From positions 50,688 to 114,687 of the forward strand of contig JBEKCB010000013.1 of assembly GCA_050015075.1 (NCBI GenBank): a stretch of DNA of 64,000 bases, read 5' to 3'. Positions 45,894 through 55,589 of the stretch are shown here, in pieces (position 1 is the first letter of the stretch; each line of letters opens with the position of its first letter). A program made the translations under genes and the position numbers. Origin of the DNA: Candidatus Brocadiia bacterium (GTDB lineage: Bacteria; Planctomycetota; Brocadiia; CAIUPP01). Under the pieces are notes generated by a model. It was given only the letters and a program-made list of their open reading frames with translations, made no database searches and was not told the DNA's origin.

Positions 45894-48800
45894 ATGGCAT
45901 CGTCTACTTCCCGCGTGGGCCTGGACGTCGGCGGCGTGTTCGTGAAGGCCGTCGTCCTCGACGCCGAAGGCCGCGTGACGCACCGCGTGGCGCGGCGGCA
46001 TCACGGCAACCCGGTGAGCGTCGTCGGCGAGGAGTTCCGCCGGCTGAACATCGCCGGGCCCGTCGCCGTCGGCATCACCGGCGCCTACGCGCACCTCGTC
46101 GCCGGCGGCCTGAACCTGGTGCCGGTGGACCTGGTCAACGCGGAGATCAAGGCGGTCCGCAAGCGCTTCCCCGACGTGCGCAACGTGATCAATGTCGGCG
46201 GCTCGTCGGTGACGCTGATCCAGCTCGACGCCGCCGGCAATTTCATGGACTACAGCGCCAACTCGCTCTGCGCGGCGGGCACCGGATCGTTCCTCGATCA
46301 GCAGGCCGACCGGCTCGGGATCAAGTACGATGAGCTGAAGGATTTCAAGCACACCGACACGCCGCCGCCGATCGCGACGCGCTGCTCGGTGTTCGCCAAG
46401 TCCGACCTGATCCATCGCCAGCAGGAAGGCTACGACAAGGCCGCGCTCTGGTGCGGACTGTGCAAGAGCATGACCGGCACGTTCCTCAATACGCTGCTGC
46501 GCGGCCGGCCGTTGAAGGGGCTGACGGTGCTGACCGGCGGCGTGTCGCAGAACCGGGAAGTGCTGCACTGGCTGAAGGCGCGGTACGGCGACCAGGTGCA
46601 CACGTTCGACGACGCGGCCTACTCGTGCGCGGTCGGCGCGGCGCACATGACCAACGGCCACGTGGACAACCTTTCCGCGACGATCGGCTCGCTGCGCGAC
46701 GCCGGCCAGCGCGCCGCCGAGGCGCCCCGCCGCCCGCGGCTGGAGTTCCGCAAGACGCATTATCCCTCGTTCGACATCGCTGAGGCTTATGCCGACGAGT
46801 CCGGCAACGAGGTGCGCGTCACCGCCTGGCCCGATACGAAGACCGTCGCGGTCTACCTCGGCATTGACGTCGGCTCGACGAGCACCAAGGTCGTGCTGAT
46901 GGACGCCGACGAGAAAGTGCTCGCCGACATCTACCGGCGGACCTCGGGCGACCCGATCCAAGCGACCAAGCAACTCTTCGCCGCGATCCAGGAACTGGGC
47001 CGCCGCCGCAACGCCGAGGTGAAGGTGCTCGGCGCGAGCACCACCGGCTCGGGGCGCAAGCTCGTCGGACACGTCATCGGCGCCGACCTGGTCGTGAACG
47101 AGATCACCGCGCACCTGAGCGGCGCGGCGCACGTGGACCCGAACGTGGACACGATTTTCGAGATCGGCGGGCAGGACTCGAAGTACATCTGCGCGAAGGA
47201 CGGGCGCATCTTCGACAGCAACATGAACTACGTCTGCGCCGCCGGCACCGGCTCGTTCGTCGAGGAGCAGGCCAAGAAACTCGGCCTCAAGCTGGAAGAG
47301 ATCGGCGACGTGGTCATGGGCATCGCCCCGCCGGTCACCTCCGACCGCTGCACGGTGTTCATGGAGCAGGACGTGGACCGCCTGCTGCGGCAGGGCTATA
47401 CGCGCGAGGAGTGCATGGCCGCGGTGCTCTGCTCGGTGGTCAAGAACTATTTCACGAAGGTTGTGGGCCGCCGGCGCGTCAGCCGCGAGCGCATCTTCTT
47501 CCAGGGCGCCACCGCGCGCAACAAGGGGCTGGTCGCGGCGTTCGAGAACCTGATGAACGTCGAGATGGTCGTCTCGCCCTACTGCCACGTGATGGGCTCC
47601 TACGGCGCGGCGTTGCTGGTGAAGCGCGCCATGGCGGGCAAGGCCAGCCGGTTCAAGGGCCTCGACCTCTCGCGCCGCAAGGTCGGTCTGCGCAGCGAGC
47701 CGTGCACCCTCTGCGCGAACCACTGCAAGATCACCTTCGCCGAGATCGAGGGCGAATCCGAGCAGCCGAGCTGGGGCTACATGTGCGGCCGCGATCCGGG
47801 CGAGGAGCGCGTGCGCGTCCACCGCGAATTCGCGCCGTTCCAGAAGCGCCTCGCGATGCTGTTCGCCGCGCAAACGGCAGACGATGGACGAGGGACGATG
47901 GACGATAGAGCTACGGCACGCGCCGGGCGCAATCCATCGTCCATGGTCCATCGTCCATCGTCATCTGCCCAAACGATCGGCATCCCGCGCGGCCTGACCA
48001 CGTACAGCCTGTACCCGCTGTGGCGCGAGTTCTTCCGCGAACTCGGCTTCAAGGTCGCGCTCTCGGGCCGGACCGACGCGGAGACCGTGCGGCTCGGCAA
48101 CGAGCTTTCCGCGGCGGACTTCTGCTTCCCCATCAAGGTCGCGCAGGGCCAGGCCGCGTCGCTGGCGCGGCGCAAGGACGTGGACTTCATCTTCATGCCG
48201 CACACGATCTGCGCCCAGCCCAACCCGCAGACCACGAACAGCTATTTCTGCCCGTACGTGCAGTCGTTCCCGAGCATCGAGCGCTCGGCGCTGGCGGTGC
48301 ACGGCGTGGACGCGTCGCGGCTGCTGACGCCGGTGGTGGATTTCTCGCTCAGGCCGCGGATGCAGATCGCCGAGCTGGAGGACGGCCTCGCCGGCCGCCT
48401 GGGCGTCACGCGCGCGCGGATCGGCAAAGCCTGGCGCAAGGCGCAGGCCGCGCAGGCGGAGTTCGAGCGCCGCAACCGCGAGGAGGGCGCGCGCATCCTC
48501 AAGGAAGTCGAGGCGAGCGGCAAGCCGGCCATCGTCATCCTCGGCCGCCCGTACAACACGCTGGACCTCGGCGCGAACCTCGCCCTGCCGCAGAAGATCG
48601 CCGACCTCGGCCTGACCGTGATCCCGATGGACATGCTGCCGTACGACATCGAGAAGCTGCATCCGCACTTCGGCAACATGTTCTGGGCGTATGGCCAGCA
48701 GATGCTCGCGGCGGCGGAGTTCGTGCGGCATCATCCGAACCTCTACGGCATCTACTTCACGAACTTCAGTTGCGGGCCGGACAGCTTCCTGCTGAGCTTC

Positions 48801-50156
48801 GCCGAGGAGATGATGGGCGCGAAGCCGTTCCTGGCCCTCGAGCTGGACGAGCACGGCGGCGACGCCGGCTACCTCACGCGCATCGAGGCGTTCCTCGACG
48901 TCATTCGCGCCTGGACGCCGCGCGAGCAGCCGCGCTTCAGCGTCCCCGTGCCGGAAACGCCGCTGGAGAACCTCGAAAAGCGGACGCTCTGGATCCCGAA
49001 CATGCACCCGATCGGCGGCCCGCTCATGGCGGCGGGGCTGCGCGCCGGCGGGTTCGAGCGCGCCGAATCGCTCCCGCCGGAGACGCACGAGGCCTTCGAG
49101 GTCGGCCGCTCGCTCACCCGCGGCAGCGAATGCCTGCCGACCGCCTGCACCACCGGCGCGTTCGTCCAGGTCATGCGCTCGCGCGGGCTCGACCCGAAAG
49201 ACAACGCGCTCTTCATGCCCAGCTCCGACGGGCCGTGCCGGTTCGGCCAGTACAACGTCCTCCAGCGGCTCATCGTCAACCGGCTCGGCCTGGGCGACGT
49301 CGCCATCCTCTCGCCGAGCTGCAAGAACTCGTACCAGGGCCTCAGCCAGAAAGCGCGGCAGATGCTCTGGCACGGCATCCTCTGCGCCGACACGATCTGG
49401 AAAGCCGGCTGCAAAGTGCGCCCGTACGAGAAGGAACGCGGCGCCACCGACCGCGCGATGCACGAGGGCGTCGAGGAAGTCGCGCGGATCATGGAGAAGG
49501 GCCGGGACTTCCGTCCCGCGTTCGGCCGGGCGGTCCGGCGCGTCGCCGCGGTGCCCGCGGAGAAACTCGGCACGCGGCCGCTCGTCGGCATCGTCGGCGA
49601 AATTTACGTCCGCTGCAACGTCTTTTCCAACGACGAAGTCATCCGCGCCATCGAGCGGTTCGGCGGCGAGGCGTGGCTGGCGCCGCTGGGCGAATGGGTC
49701 CTGTACACCGCCGAGTTCCAGCGCTGGGTCGCCGGGCGGCGGCCGCTGGACCTGCCCGGCCTGGCCTCGGCGCACCTGAAGAACTTCTTCATTCAGCGGC
49801 AGGAGCACGAAGCCGCGCGGATCGCCTCGCCGTTCCTGGACGACCGCCGCGAGCCGCCGATCCGGGAAGTCGTCGCCGAGGGCCGGAAATTCCTTCCGAT
49901 GAACTTCTCCGGGGAAGCCCTGATCACGCTGGGCCGCGCGGTGATCTTCGCGCGGCAGGGCGCCTCGCTGATCGTCAACGTCGCCCCGTTCGGCTGCATG
50001 CCCGGCACGATCACCTCGGCCCTCTGCCGCGAGATCCAGGCGCAGACCGGAGTCCCCATTATCAGCCTCTTCTACGACGGCGAGCCGGGCATGAACCAGC
50101 GCCTGGAGGTCTTCCTCGCCGGCCTCTCCGCCCGCTCCGCCCGCAAGAACGCCTAG
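45894..50156 (+). CDS. Acyl-CoA dehydratase activase-related multidomain protein (two ASKHA/BadG modules plus DUF2229-like region)
   Basis: GLDVGG and GIDVGSTSTK, two CAAGTGSF, EIGGQDSK, IGIPRG, FSCGPD, PFGCMP. Confidence 0.88.
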   Translation: MASSTSRVGLDVGGVFVKAVVLDAEGRVTHRVARRHHGNPVSVVGEEFRRLNIAGPVAVGITGAYAHLVAGGLNLVPVDLVNAEIKAVRKRFPDVRNVINVGGSSVTLIQLDAAGNFMDYSANSLCAAGTGSFLDQQADRLGIKYDELKDFKHTDTPPPIATRCSVFAKSDLIHRQQEGYDKAALWCGLCKSMTGTFLNTLLRGRPLKGLTVLTGGVSQNREVLHWLKARYGDQVHTFDDAAYSCAVGAAHMTNGHVDNLSATIGSLRDAGQRAAEAPRRPRLEFRKTHYPSFDIAEAYADESGNEVRVTAWPDTKTVAVYLGIDVGSTSTKVVLMDADEKVLADIYRRTSGDPIQATKQLFAAIQELGRRRNAEVKVLGASTTGSGRKLVGHVIGADLVVNEITAHLSGAAHVDPNVDTIFEIGGQDSKYICAKDGRIFDSNMNYVCAAGTGSFVEEQAKKLGLKLEEIGDVVMGIAPPVTSDRCTVFMEQDVDRLLRQGYTREECMAAVLCSVVKNYFTKVVGRRRVSRERIFFQGATARNKGLVAAFENLMNVEMVVSPYCHVMGSYGAALLVKRAMAGKASRFKGLDLSRRKVGLRSEPCTLCANHCKITFAEIEGESEQPSWGYMCGRDPGEERVRVHREFAPFQKRLAMLFAAQTADDGRGTMDDRATARAGRNPSSMVHRPSSSAQTIGIPRGLTTYSLYPLWREFFRELGFKVALSGRTDAETVRLGNELSAADFCFPIKVAQGQAASLARRKDVDFIFMPHTICAQPNPQTTNSYFCPYVQSFPSIERSALAVHGVDASRLLTPVVDFSLRPRMQIAELEDGLAGRLGVTRARIGKAWRKAQAAQAEFERRNREEGARILKEVEASGKPAIVILGRPYNTLDLGANLALPQKIADLGLTVIPMDMLPYDIEKLHPHFGNMFWAYGQQMLAAAEFVRHHPNLYGIYFTNFSCGPDSFLLSFAEEMMGAKPFLALELDEHGGDAGYLTRIEAFLDVIRAWTPREQPRFSVPVPETPLENLEKRTLWIPNMHPIGGPLMAAGLRAGGFERAESLPPETHEAFEVGRSLTRGSECLPTACTTGAFVQVMRSRGLDPKDNALFMPSSDGPCRFGQYNVLQRLIVNRLGLGDVAILSPSCKNSYQGLSQKARQMLWHGILCADTIWKAGCKVRPYEKERGATDRAMHEGVEEVARIMEKGRDFRPAFGRAVRRVAAVPAEKLGTRPLVGIVGEIYVRCNVFSNDEVIRAIERFGGEAWLAPLGEWVLYTAEFQRWVAGRRPLDLPGLASAHLKNFFIQRQEHEAARIASPFLDDRREPPIREVVAEGRKFLPMNFSGEALITLGRAVIFARQGASLIVNVAPFGCMPGTITSALCREIQAQTGVPIISLFYDGEPGMNQRLEVFLAGLSARSARKNA
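47876..47969. mobile_element. In-frame palindromic (MITE/RPE-like) insertion with 5-bp CAAAC flanking direct repeat
   Basis: GACGATG heptamer arms, terminal GGCAGA/TCTGCC, CAAAC at 47871-47875 and 47970-47974; 94+5=99 bp. Confidence 0.7.
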
Positions 50157-50166
50157 CGCAGAGGCT

Positions 50167-50194
50167 GGCCGTTCAAATCCGCCCGCCCCGACCA
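50167..50194 (+). pseudogene. tRNA-Pro-like 3' fragment (possible att remnant)
   Basis: GTTCAAATCCGCCCGCCCCGACCA = T-loop, T-stem, acceptor 3' strand and CCA; no 5' half. Confidence 0.65.
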
Positions 50195-50202
50195 ACCTTT
50201 GC

Positions 50203-50239
50203 AAGAAGCTCTGCGCCGGTGAGGCGCGGGGCTTTCTTC
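50203..50239 (+). terminator. Terminator-like hairpin
   Basis: AAGCTCTGCGCC-GGTGA-GGCGCGGGGCTT followed by TCTT. Confidence 0.55.
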
Positions 50240-50325
50240 ATTCATACCCATGGTTTATAATAGGCGGATAGAAAGCTCGGTTCGGGCTTCCTCAGAAGGC
50301 GCTCGGATTGCTGAAAGGCGCAAGT

Positions 50326-50559
50326 ATGAGACACCGTCTGTCAAGCCGCGTGTCTCCCGAACCTCATCGGGTGGACCGCTCCGTCGTATTCGTGGGAAGC
50401 GCCTTCGGCGATTCTGACGAGAAAGCGTTCTGGCTCAGCAAGACGCCGCTGGATCGCCTTGAGGCCCTGGAATATCTGCGGGAGATTGCGTTCGGCTATG
50501 ATCCGACTACCAGCCGACTTCAGAGAGTTCTTGAGACTGCTGAATTCCCACCGCGTTGA
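50326..50559 (+). CDS. Small protein of the type that precedes minimal nucleotidyltransferase genes (antitoxin-like)
   Basis: DEKAFWLSKTPLDRLEALEYLR...YDPTTSRLQRV; start uncertain. Confidence 0.6.
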   Translation: MRHRLSSRVSPEPHRVDRSVVFVGSAFGDSDEKAFWLSKTPLDRLEALEYLREIAFGYDPTTSRLQRVLETAEFPPR

Positions 50560-50572
50560 ATACTTGCTCTAA
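50498..50572 (+). pseudogene. Truncated nucleotidyltransferase N-terminus
   Basis: MIRLPADFREFLRLLNSHRVEYLL* stops just before the expected (I/V)GG motif. Confidence 0.6.
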
Positions 50573-50797
50573 TGACCCGGATCAACTGCCGTAGCCCGAT
50601 GGCCGCGATCGCAAACACACCACCGGACGCCCGCCGCTTCGACCATTCTTCGCAATAAGCCCCGCGCCTCATCGCCGCCGCCATCTTGCGCCGCGATTGT
50701 GAATTCGTCGCTGGACAACTCCCCGCGCGGTGGTATACTCGATAGAGTGGGATCGTTCACGGGGCATCTCAGCGAGGCACTGAGAGGAGGGCTGTCC

Positions 50798-51271
50798 ATG
50801 CTGGCCGCCGCTGCGCGAAAGCTGCCGCTGGGGACGGGAAAGATCGGGTTCAAGGTCTCGAATTCTTATCCGGTTCCGGCGAGCCGGCTCTGGGAGGCCG
50901 TCACAAAGGGCGCGCATACGCAGAGGTTCTTCGTGGAAAAAGTGCGCGGGGATTTCACGCCGGAGCTGACGCCGGTCCTGTGGCAGTGGAAGAAGTGGGG
51001 CCGCCACGCGCAGTTGCCGACGGTCGTGCGGAAGGACAGGAAGCTGGAGTTCCGCTGGGCGGACCACAAGGGCAAGTACCTGACGACCGTGACGTTCACC
51101 CTGAAGAGGAAGGGCAAGCTCGTCGAGCTGGAGATCCACGAGCGCGGCTGGAAGCCGGCCGACCTGGAAAACGCCTTCGACAACTGCAGCGGCTGGACGA
51201 CGTTCCTGGATTATCTGAAGGCCTACGTGCTCCACGGGACCGATCTGCGAACGGTGAAAGGGAATGCCTGA
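50798..51271 (+). CDS. SRPBCC/AHSA1 domain protein
   Basis: VPASRLWEAVT, KLEFRW, SGWTTFLDYLKAY; GAGGAGG SD. Confidence 0.75.
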   Translation: MLAAAARKLPLGTGKIGFKVSNSYPVPASRLWEAVTKGAHTQRFFVEKVRGDFTPELTPVLWQWKKWGRHAQLPTVVRKDRKLEFRWADHKGKYLTTVTFTLKRKGKLVELEIHERGWKPADLENAFDNCSGWTTFLDYLKAYVLHGTDLRTVKGNA

Positions 51272-51311
51272 CGGTTTCGTTACCGGTAAACATTATTGAG
51301 GAGGTTGTGCC

Positions 51312-51815
51312 ATGGCCAAAGCCGCGAATACCCGCCTCAAAGAGCCCATCGCCGCATGCCAGGCCCGCGTCAAGGCGGCGGCGGAGCGACTCGGCAAGGC
51401 CCTCAGCTTCGTGCCGGACGATAAGTTGACCTGGTCGCCCTCGAAGACCGCGCGGACTTCGCTGGCCATCGTGGCGCATTGCTGCCTGGCCAATCGCATG
51501 TTCGTGAAGATTATTCGCGGCGAGCCTATATCGCCGATGCCGACGCCCGAGGAGGTGGGCGTGGCGTCGCGGAAATTCGAGGCGACAGTCCGCGATCGCG
51601 CCGAGGCCGTCCGCCAGCTTGAAGAGACGTGCCAGGAAGTTGTCGCCGCGCTCGCGACGATGACCGCGGAGCGCTTCGCCAGTTCCCCGAACAGCCCCTT
51701 CGGCCCGCTGCCGATGGCCGTCTGGGTGCACCTGCCGGGCAGGCACATGGACAACCACGCGGCGCAGATTGACTACCTCCAGACGATATGGGGCGACCTG
51801 GCCGACCATATGTAA
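51312..51815 (+). CDS. DinB family protein
   Basis: VPDDKLTWSP, IVAH, HMDNHAAQIDY. Confidence 0.8.
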   Translation: MAKAANTRLKEPIAACQARVKAAAERLGKALSFVPDDKLTWSPSKTARTSLAIVAHCCLANRMFVKIIRGEPISPMPTPEEVGVASRKFEATVRDRAEAVRQLEETCQEVVAALATMTAERFASSPNSPFGPLPMAVWVHLPGRHMDNHAAQIDYLQTIWGDLADHM

Positions 51816-51840
51816 GCCGGCCGGCGCGGCGAAGCGGACG

Positions 51841-52287
51841 TCAGATCGTGAACGTCGGCGTGTAGTCCGAACTCATCCGGGTCTCTTCGTCCACCAGGTC
51901 CTGGAACGTCGTGTGGTCATAGACGTCCGAAATCGCCGTGCGGATCTTCTCCCACATCGGCAGGAAGACGCAATGGCTGTGGAGCGAGCACGCGGTTTCG
52001 GTGGAATCGGGCGTGCACGTTACCGGGCGCATCGGCCCTTCGATAAACCGGACGATCTCGCCGACCGTCAGGCGTTCCGGCGCGCGCGCCAGGAGATAGC
52101 CGCCTTCATTGCCGCGCCGCGATTCCACAAAGCCCGCCTGCCTGAGCTGGTTGAGGATCACTTCGAGAAAGCGCGGCGGAATCGCCTGCGCCTTGGCGAC
52201 GGTACTGATCCGCACCGGACCCTGTCCATGCCGCTTGGCCAGCTCAAAGACCGCCCGGAGCGCATATTGGCATTTCTGCGAGACCAT
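51841..52287 (-). CDS. Rrf2 family regulator (CymR/IscR-like)
   Basis: YALRAVFELA, FLEVILNQL, SRRGNEGGYLL, three C-terminal Cys. Confidence 0.92.
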   Translation of the reverse strand: MVSQKCQYALRAVFELAKRHGQGPVRISTVAKAQAIPPRFLEVILNQLRQAGFVESRRGNEGGYLLARAPERLTVGEIVRFIEGPMRPVTCTPDSTETACSLHSHCVFLPMWEKIRTAISDVYDHTTFQDLVDEETRMSSDYTPTFTI

Positions 52288-52326
52288 TTTTTACTCCCGA
52301 TGAACCGACCCGCAGCACGACAGCCC

Positions 52327-54147
52327 TCATAGGACTTTCTCTTTTCGGCTGATGACGAAGATCGCCATGTCCGCGCGGCGGTTCGCGTCGCGGCGGACCT
52401 GCGCGCCGGCCTCCGTGTCGAGCGCGATCCGCCGGTGGACGGCGATGCCGCGCTCGCGGCAGAATTCCTCGAAGTCCCGGATCGTGAAGAACCGGATGTT
52501 CGGACTGTCGTACCATTTGTACCGGAGCAGCCCGGGCGATTCCGGCGCGCGGCCCTTGCGCAGAAGCATCCGCGTCAGCTTGTAATAACCGAAGTTCGGG
52601 AAGCTGACGATGCACCGGCCGCCGACGCGCAGCATCTGCGAGATCACCTGCTCCACGTTGCGCACCGCCTGGAGCGTGTGCGAGAGGACCACGAAATCGA
52701 ACTGCGCGTCCTTGAACGCGACCAGGCCGCGGTTGAGGTCGGCCTGCGTCACATCCAGCCCGCGCCGGATGCACGCCAGCACGGATTGCTCCTCCAGTTC
52801 GATCCCGGCCAGCCGCTCCTTTCCGCGCTTCCGCAGCCGCGCCAGCAGTCCGCCGCGCCCGCAGCCGAGGTCCAGCACGCTCGCCGACGGCGGGATCAGC
52901 TCCGCGATCAGCTCGTAGTCCAGCCGCTGCGGATGGAAAATGCTGGCCGGGCTCTGCGCGTAGAAGTCGTCGTCGTCCCCGTTGCGCCTCGCGCGCGCCG
53001 AATCGCGAGGTTCGAGGAACGCGCGCACCATCTCGCCGTAAACCGGCAGGTCGTCCGGGAGCAGGAACGCATCGTGCCCGCACGAGCTGGCCACGTTGCA
53101 ATAGGAGACCGGCTTCTCCAGCGAGATGAGCGTCTCGACAATCTCGCGCGACTGCTCCGCCGGAAAGAGCCAGTCGCTGCTGAAACTGACGACCAGCCAG
53201 CGGCAGCGGCTTCGGTCGAGGTTCGCCGCCAGTTCCTCCGACGTAGCGCCGAGGTTGAAGAGGTCCATGGCCAGCGAGAGCTTGATGTAGCTGTTCGCGT
53301 CGAAGCGCTCGACGAACTTGTCGCCCTGGTACGCCAGGTACGAGCCGACCGAAAAGCGCTTCTCGAACTCCGTCGGCACGTTCCGCGGCCGCAGGCGGTC
53401 CGCCTCGAACTTCTCCTTCATCGCCTCCGGCGAGAGGTAGGTGATGTGGCCGAGCATGCGCGCCAGGGCCAGGCCGACCGACGGGCCGTCCTTTCCGTAG
53501 TATTGGCCGCCGTGGAATCGCGGATCGCGCAGGATGGCGTTGCGGCCGATCACGTCGAACGCCAGCGCCTGCGCGGTCAGCCGCGCCGAGGTCGCCAGCG
53601 CCACCGCCGCCTCGACCTGGTCCGGGAAGCGCGTGGCCCACGTCAGCACCTGGTGTCCGCCCATCGAGCCGCCAATGACCGCGCGCAGTTTCCGGATGCC
53701 CAGGCGCTGCACCAGCCGGCGCTGGACTTCCACGATGTCGCCGGTCGTGATCGTCGGGAAGTCCTCGCCGTACGGCTTGCCGGTGCGCGGGTTGCGGGTG
53801 CTCGGGCCGGTGGTGCCGCGGCAGCCGCCGAGGGCATTCGGGCAGATGACGAACTGCCTGGAGGTGTCAATGGGCTTGCCGGGACCGACGGCAACGTCCC
53901 ACCAGCCGGGATCGTCCTTCGGATCGTGCCTCGCCACGTGCGAATCGCCGCTGAGGGCGTGGCAGATCAGCACGGCGTTGTCGCCGCGCCGGTTCAGCCG
54001 TCCGTAGGTCTCGTACGTCACCGAGACATCTTCCAGGCGCCCGCCCATCTCCAGGTCGAGGCCGCCGCTGAGCGTCGCCTTCAAGGCATGCTTCAGCGGC
54101 CGTCTCGTGCGGACGCTGTCGCTGCTGTCGAAAGAGGGCTTCGGCAT
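52327..54147 (-). CDS. metX: Homoserine O-acyltransferase MetX fused to MetW
   Basis: CHALSGD, GGSMGG, GHDAFL; C-terminal VLDLGCG, SFPNFGY, WYDSPNI. Confidence 0.9.
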   Translation of the reverse strand: MPKPSFDSSDSVRTRRPLKHALKATLSGGLDLEMGGRLEDVSVTYETYGRLNRRGDNAVLICHALSGDSHVARHDPKDDPGWWDVAVGPGKPIDTSRQFVICPNALGGCRGTTGPSTRNPRTGKPYGEDFPTITTGDIVEVQRRLVQRLGIRKLRAVIGGSMGGHQVLTWATRFPDQVEAAVALATSARLTAQALAFDVIGRNAILRDPRFHGGQYYGKDGPSVGLALARMLGHITYLSPEAMKEKFEADRLRPRNVPTEFEKRFSVGSYLAYQGDKFVERFDANSYIKLSLAMDLFNLGATSEELAANLDRSRCRWLVVSFSSDWLFPAEQSREIVETLISLEKPVSYCNVASSCGHDAFLLPDDLPVYGEMVRAFLEPRDSARARRNGDDDDFYAQSPASIFHPQRLDYELIAELIPPSASVLDLGCGRGGLLARLRKRGKERLAGIELEEQSVLACIRRGLDVTQADLNRGLVAFKDAQFDFVVLSHTLQAVRNVEQVISQMLRVGGRCIVSFPNFGYYKLTRMLLRKGRAPESPGLLRYKWYDSPNIRFFTIRDFEEFCRERGIAVHRRIALDTEAGAQVRRDANRRADMAIFVISRKEKVL

Positions 54148-54174
54148 CTCGGCACTATTCCTTTCGCCTGCGAA

Positions 54175-54270
54175 ATCGTACTCGTCCTCGTCGTCGTCCT
54201 CGTCCTCGGCCGTTCATAACGGAAGTTCGAGGACGAGGACGAGAAAGCCGAGGACGAGGTCGAGAACGTA
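54175..54270. repeat. Hexamer palindromic element between metY and metX
   Basis: CTCGTC run / GAGGAC run with the conserved loop; abuts the metY stop. Confidence 0.85.
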
Positions 54271-55572
54271 CTAATTCTGCGATGCCCTCAGCGCCTGATC
54301 GAGGTCCGCCTTGATATCCTCGACATCCTCGATCCCGATGGACAGCCGGACGTACTCCGGCGTCACGCCGGTCTTCGCTTGTTCCTCGGGCGTAAGCTGC
54401 GAATGCGTCGTCGTCGCCGGGTGGATGATCAGCGACTTCGCGTCGCCGATGTTCGCCAGGTGGCTGAACAGCTTGACGTGGTTGATCAGCTTGACGCCGG
54501 CTTCCTTGCCGCCCTTGATGCCGAAGCCGACGATCCCGCCGGCGCCGTCCGGCAGGTACTGCTTCGCGCGGGCGTGGTCGGGATGGCTGGGCAGGCCCGG
54601 ATAATTCACCCACGCCACGGCCGGATGCTTCTCGAGGTACTGCGCCACGGCCAGGGCGTTCTTCGAGTGCCGCTCCAGCCGCAGGTGCAGTGTCTCGACG
54701 CCCAGCAGCGTCAGGAACGAGGCGAACGGGCTCTGGCAGCCGCCCGTGTCGCGCAGCCAGTGCGTGCGGATGTGGATGATGTACGCGATGTTCCCGATCG
54801 GCCGCAGCGCCTCCTCGAAGATGACGCCGTGATAGGCCGGGTCGGGCGCGGTGAACTCCGGCCACTTCGCCGGCTCCTTCGCCCAGGGGAACTTGCCGCT
54901 GTCCACGATCGCGCCGCCGATGTGCACGCCGTGGCCGGCGATGAACTTGGTCGTCGAATAGACCACAATGTCGAAGCCGTGCTCGATGGGCCGGAACAGC
55001 GCGGCCGTCAGCACGGTGTTGTCCACGATCGCCGGCAGCCCGTGCTTGTGCGCCAGGGCGGTGATCTTCCGGTAATCCGGAATATCATTTTTCGGGTTGC
55101 CCGGCGTCTCGAGGTAAACCGCGCGCGTGTTCTTGTCCACCAGCTTCTCGAGAGTCTCCGGCTTGCTGGGATCGAAGAAGCGCACCTCGACGCCGAGCTT
55201 CGGGAAAGTCTGCGTGAACAGCGTCCAGGTCCCGCCGTAGAGGCTCGTCGCCGAAATGAAGTTCTGTCCCGCGTGCGCGATCGTCAGGATCGCGGCCGTG
55301 ATCGCCGCCTGGCCGCTGGCCAGAACGAGCCCCGCCGCGCCGCCGTCCAGCGCCGCGAGCCGCTTCTCCAGGACGTCGTTGGTGGGGTTCATCAGGCGCG
55401 AGTAAATGTTGCCGAACTCCTTCAACGCGAAGAGGTTAGCGGCGTGGTCGGTGCTCTTGAAGACGTAACTGGTCGTCGCGTAAATCGGCACCGCCCGCGC
55501 GGTCGTCGCCGGGTCCGGCTCCTGGCCGGCGTGCAGGGCCAATGTGCCGAAATGGTAATTCGAAGCGCTCAT
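54271..55572 (-). CDS. metY: O-acetylhomoserine aminocarboxypropyltransferase
   Basis: GNIYSRLMNPT, ASGQAA, YSTTKFIAGHG, LANIGDAKSL. Confidence 0.93.
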   Translation of the reverse strand: MSASNYHFGTLALHAGQEPDPATTARAVPIYATTSYVFKSTDHAANLFALKEFGNIYSRLMNPTNDVLEKRLAALDGGAAGLVLASGQAAITAAILTIAHAGQNFISATSLYGGTWTLFTQTFPKLGVEVRFFDPSKPETLEKLVDKNTRAVYLETPGNPKNDIPDYRKITALAHKHGLPAIVDNTVLTAALFRPIEHGFDIVVYSTTKFIAGHGVHIGGAIVDSGKFPWAKEPAKWPEFTAPDPAYHGVIFEEALRPIGNIAYIIHIRTHWLRDTGGCQSPFASFLTLLGVETLHLRLERHSKNALAVAQYLEKHPAVAWVNYPGLPSHPDHARAKQYLPDGAGGIVGFGIKGGKEAGVKLINHVKLFSHLANIGDAKSLIIHPATTTHSQLTPEEQAKTGVTPEYVRLSIGIEDVEDIKADLDQALRASQN

Positions 55573-55589
55573 AGCGGAACCTTCCTTTC

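Noticed and set aside
52327-54147. MetX-MetW fusion as a novelty
   Set aside because: This fusion is already known from other bacteria
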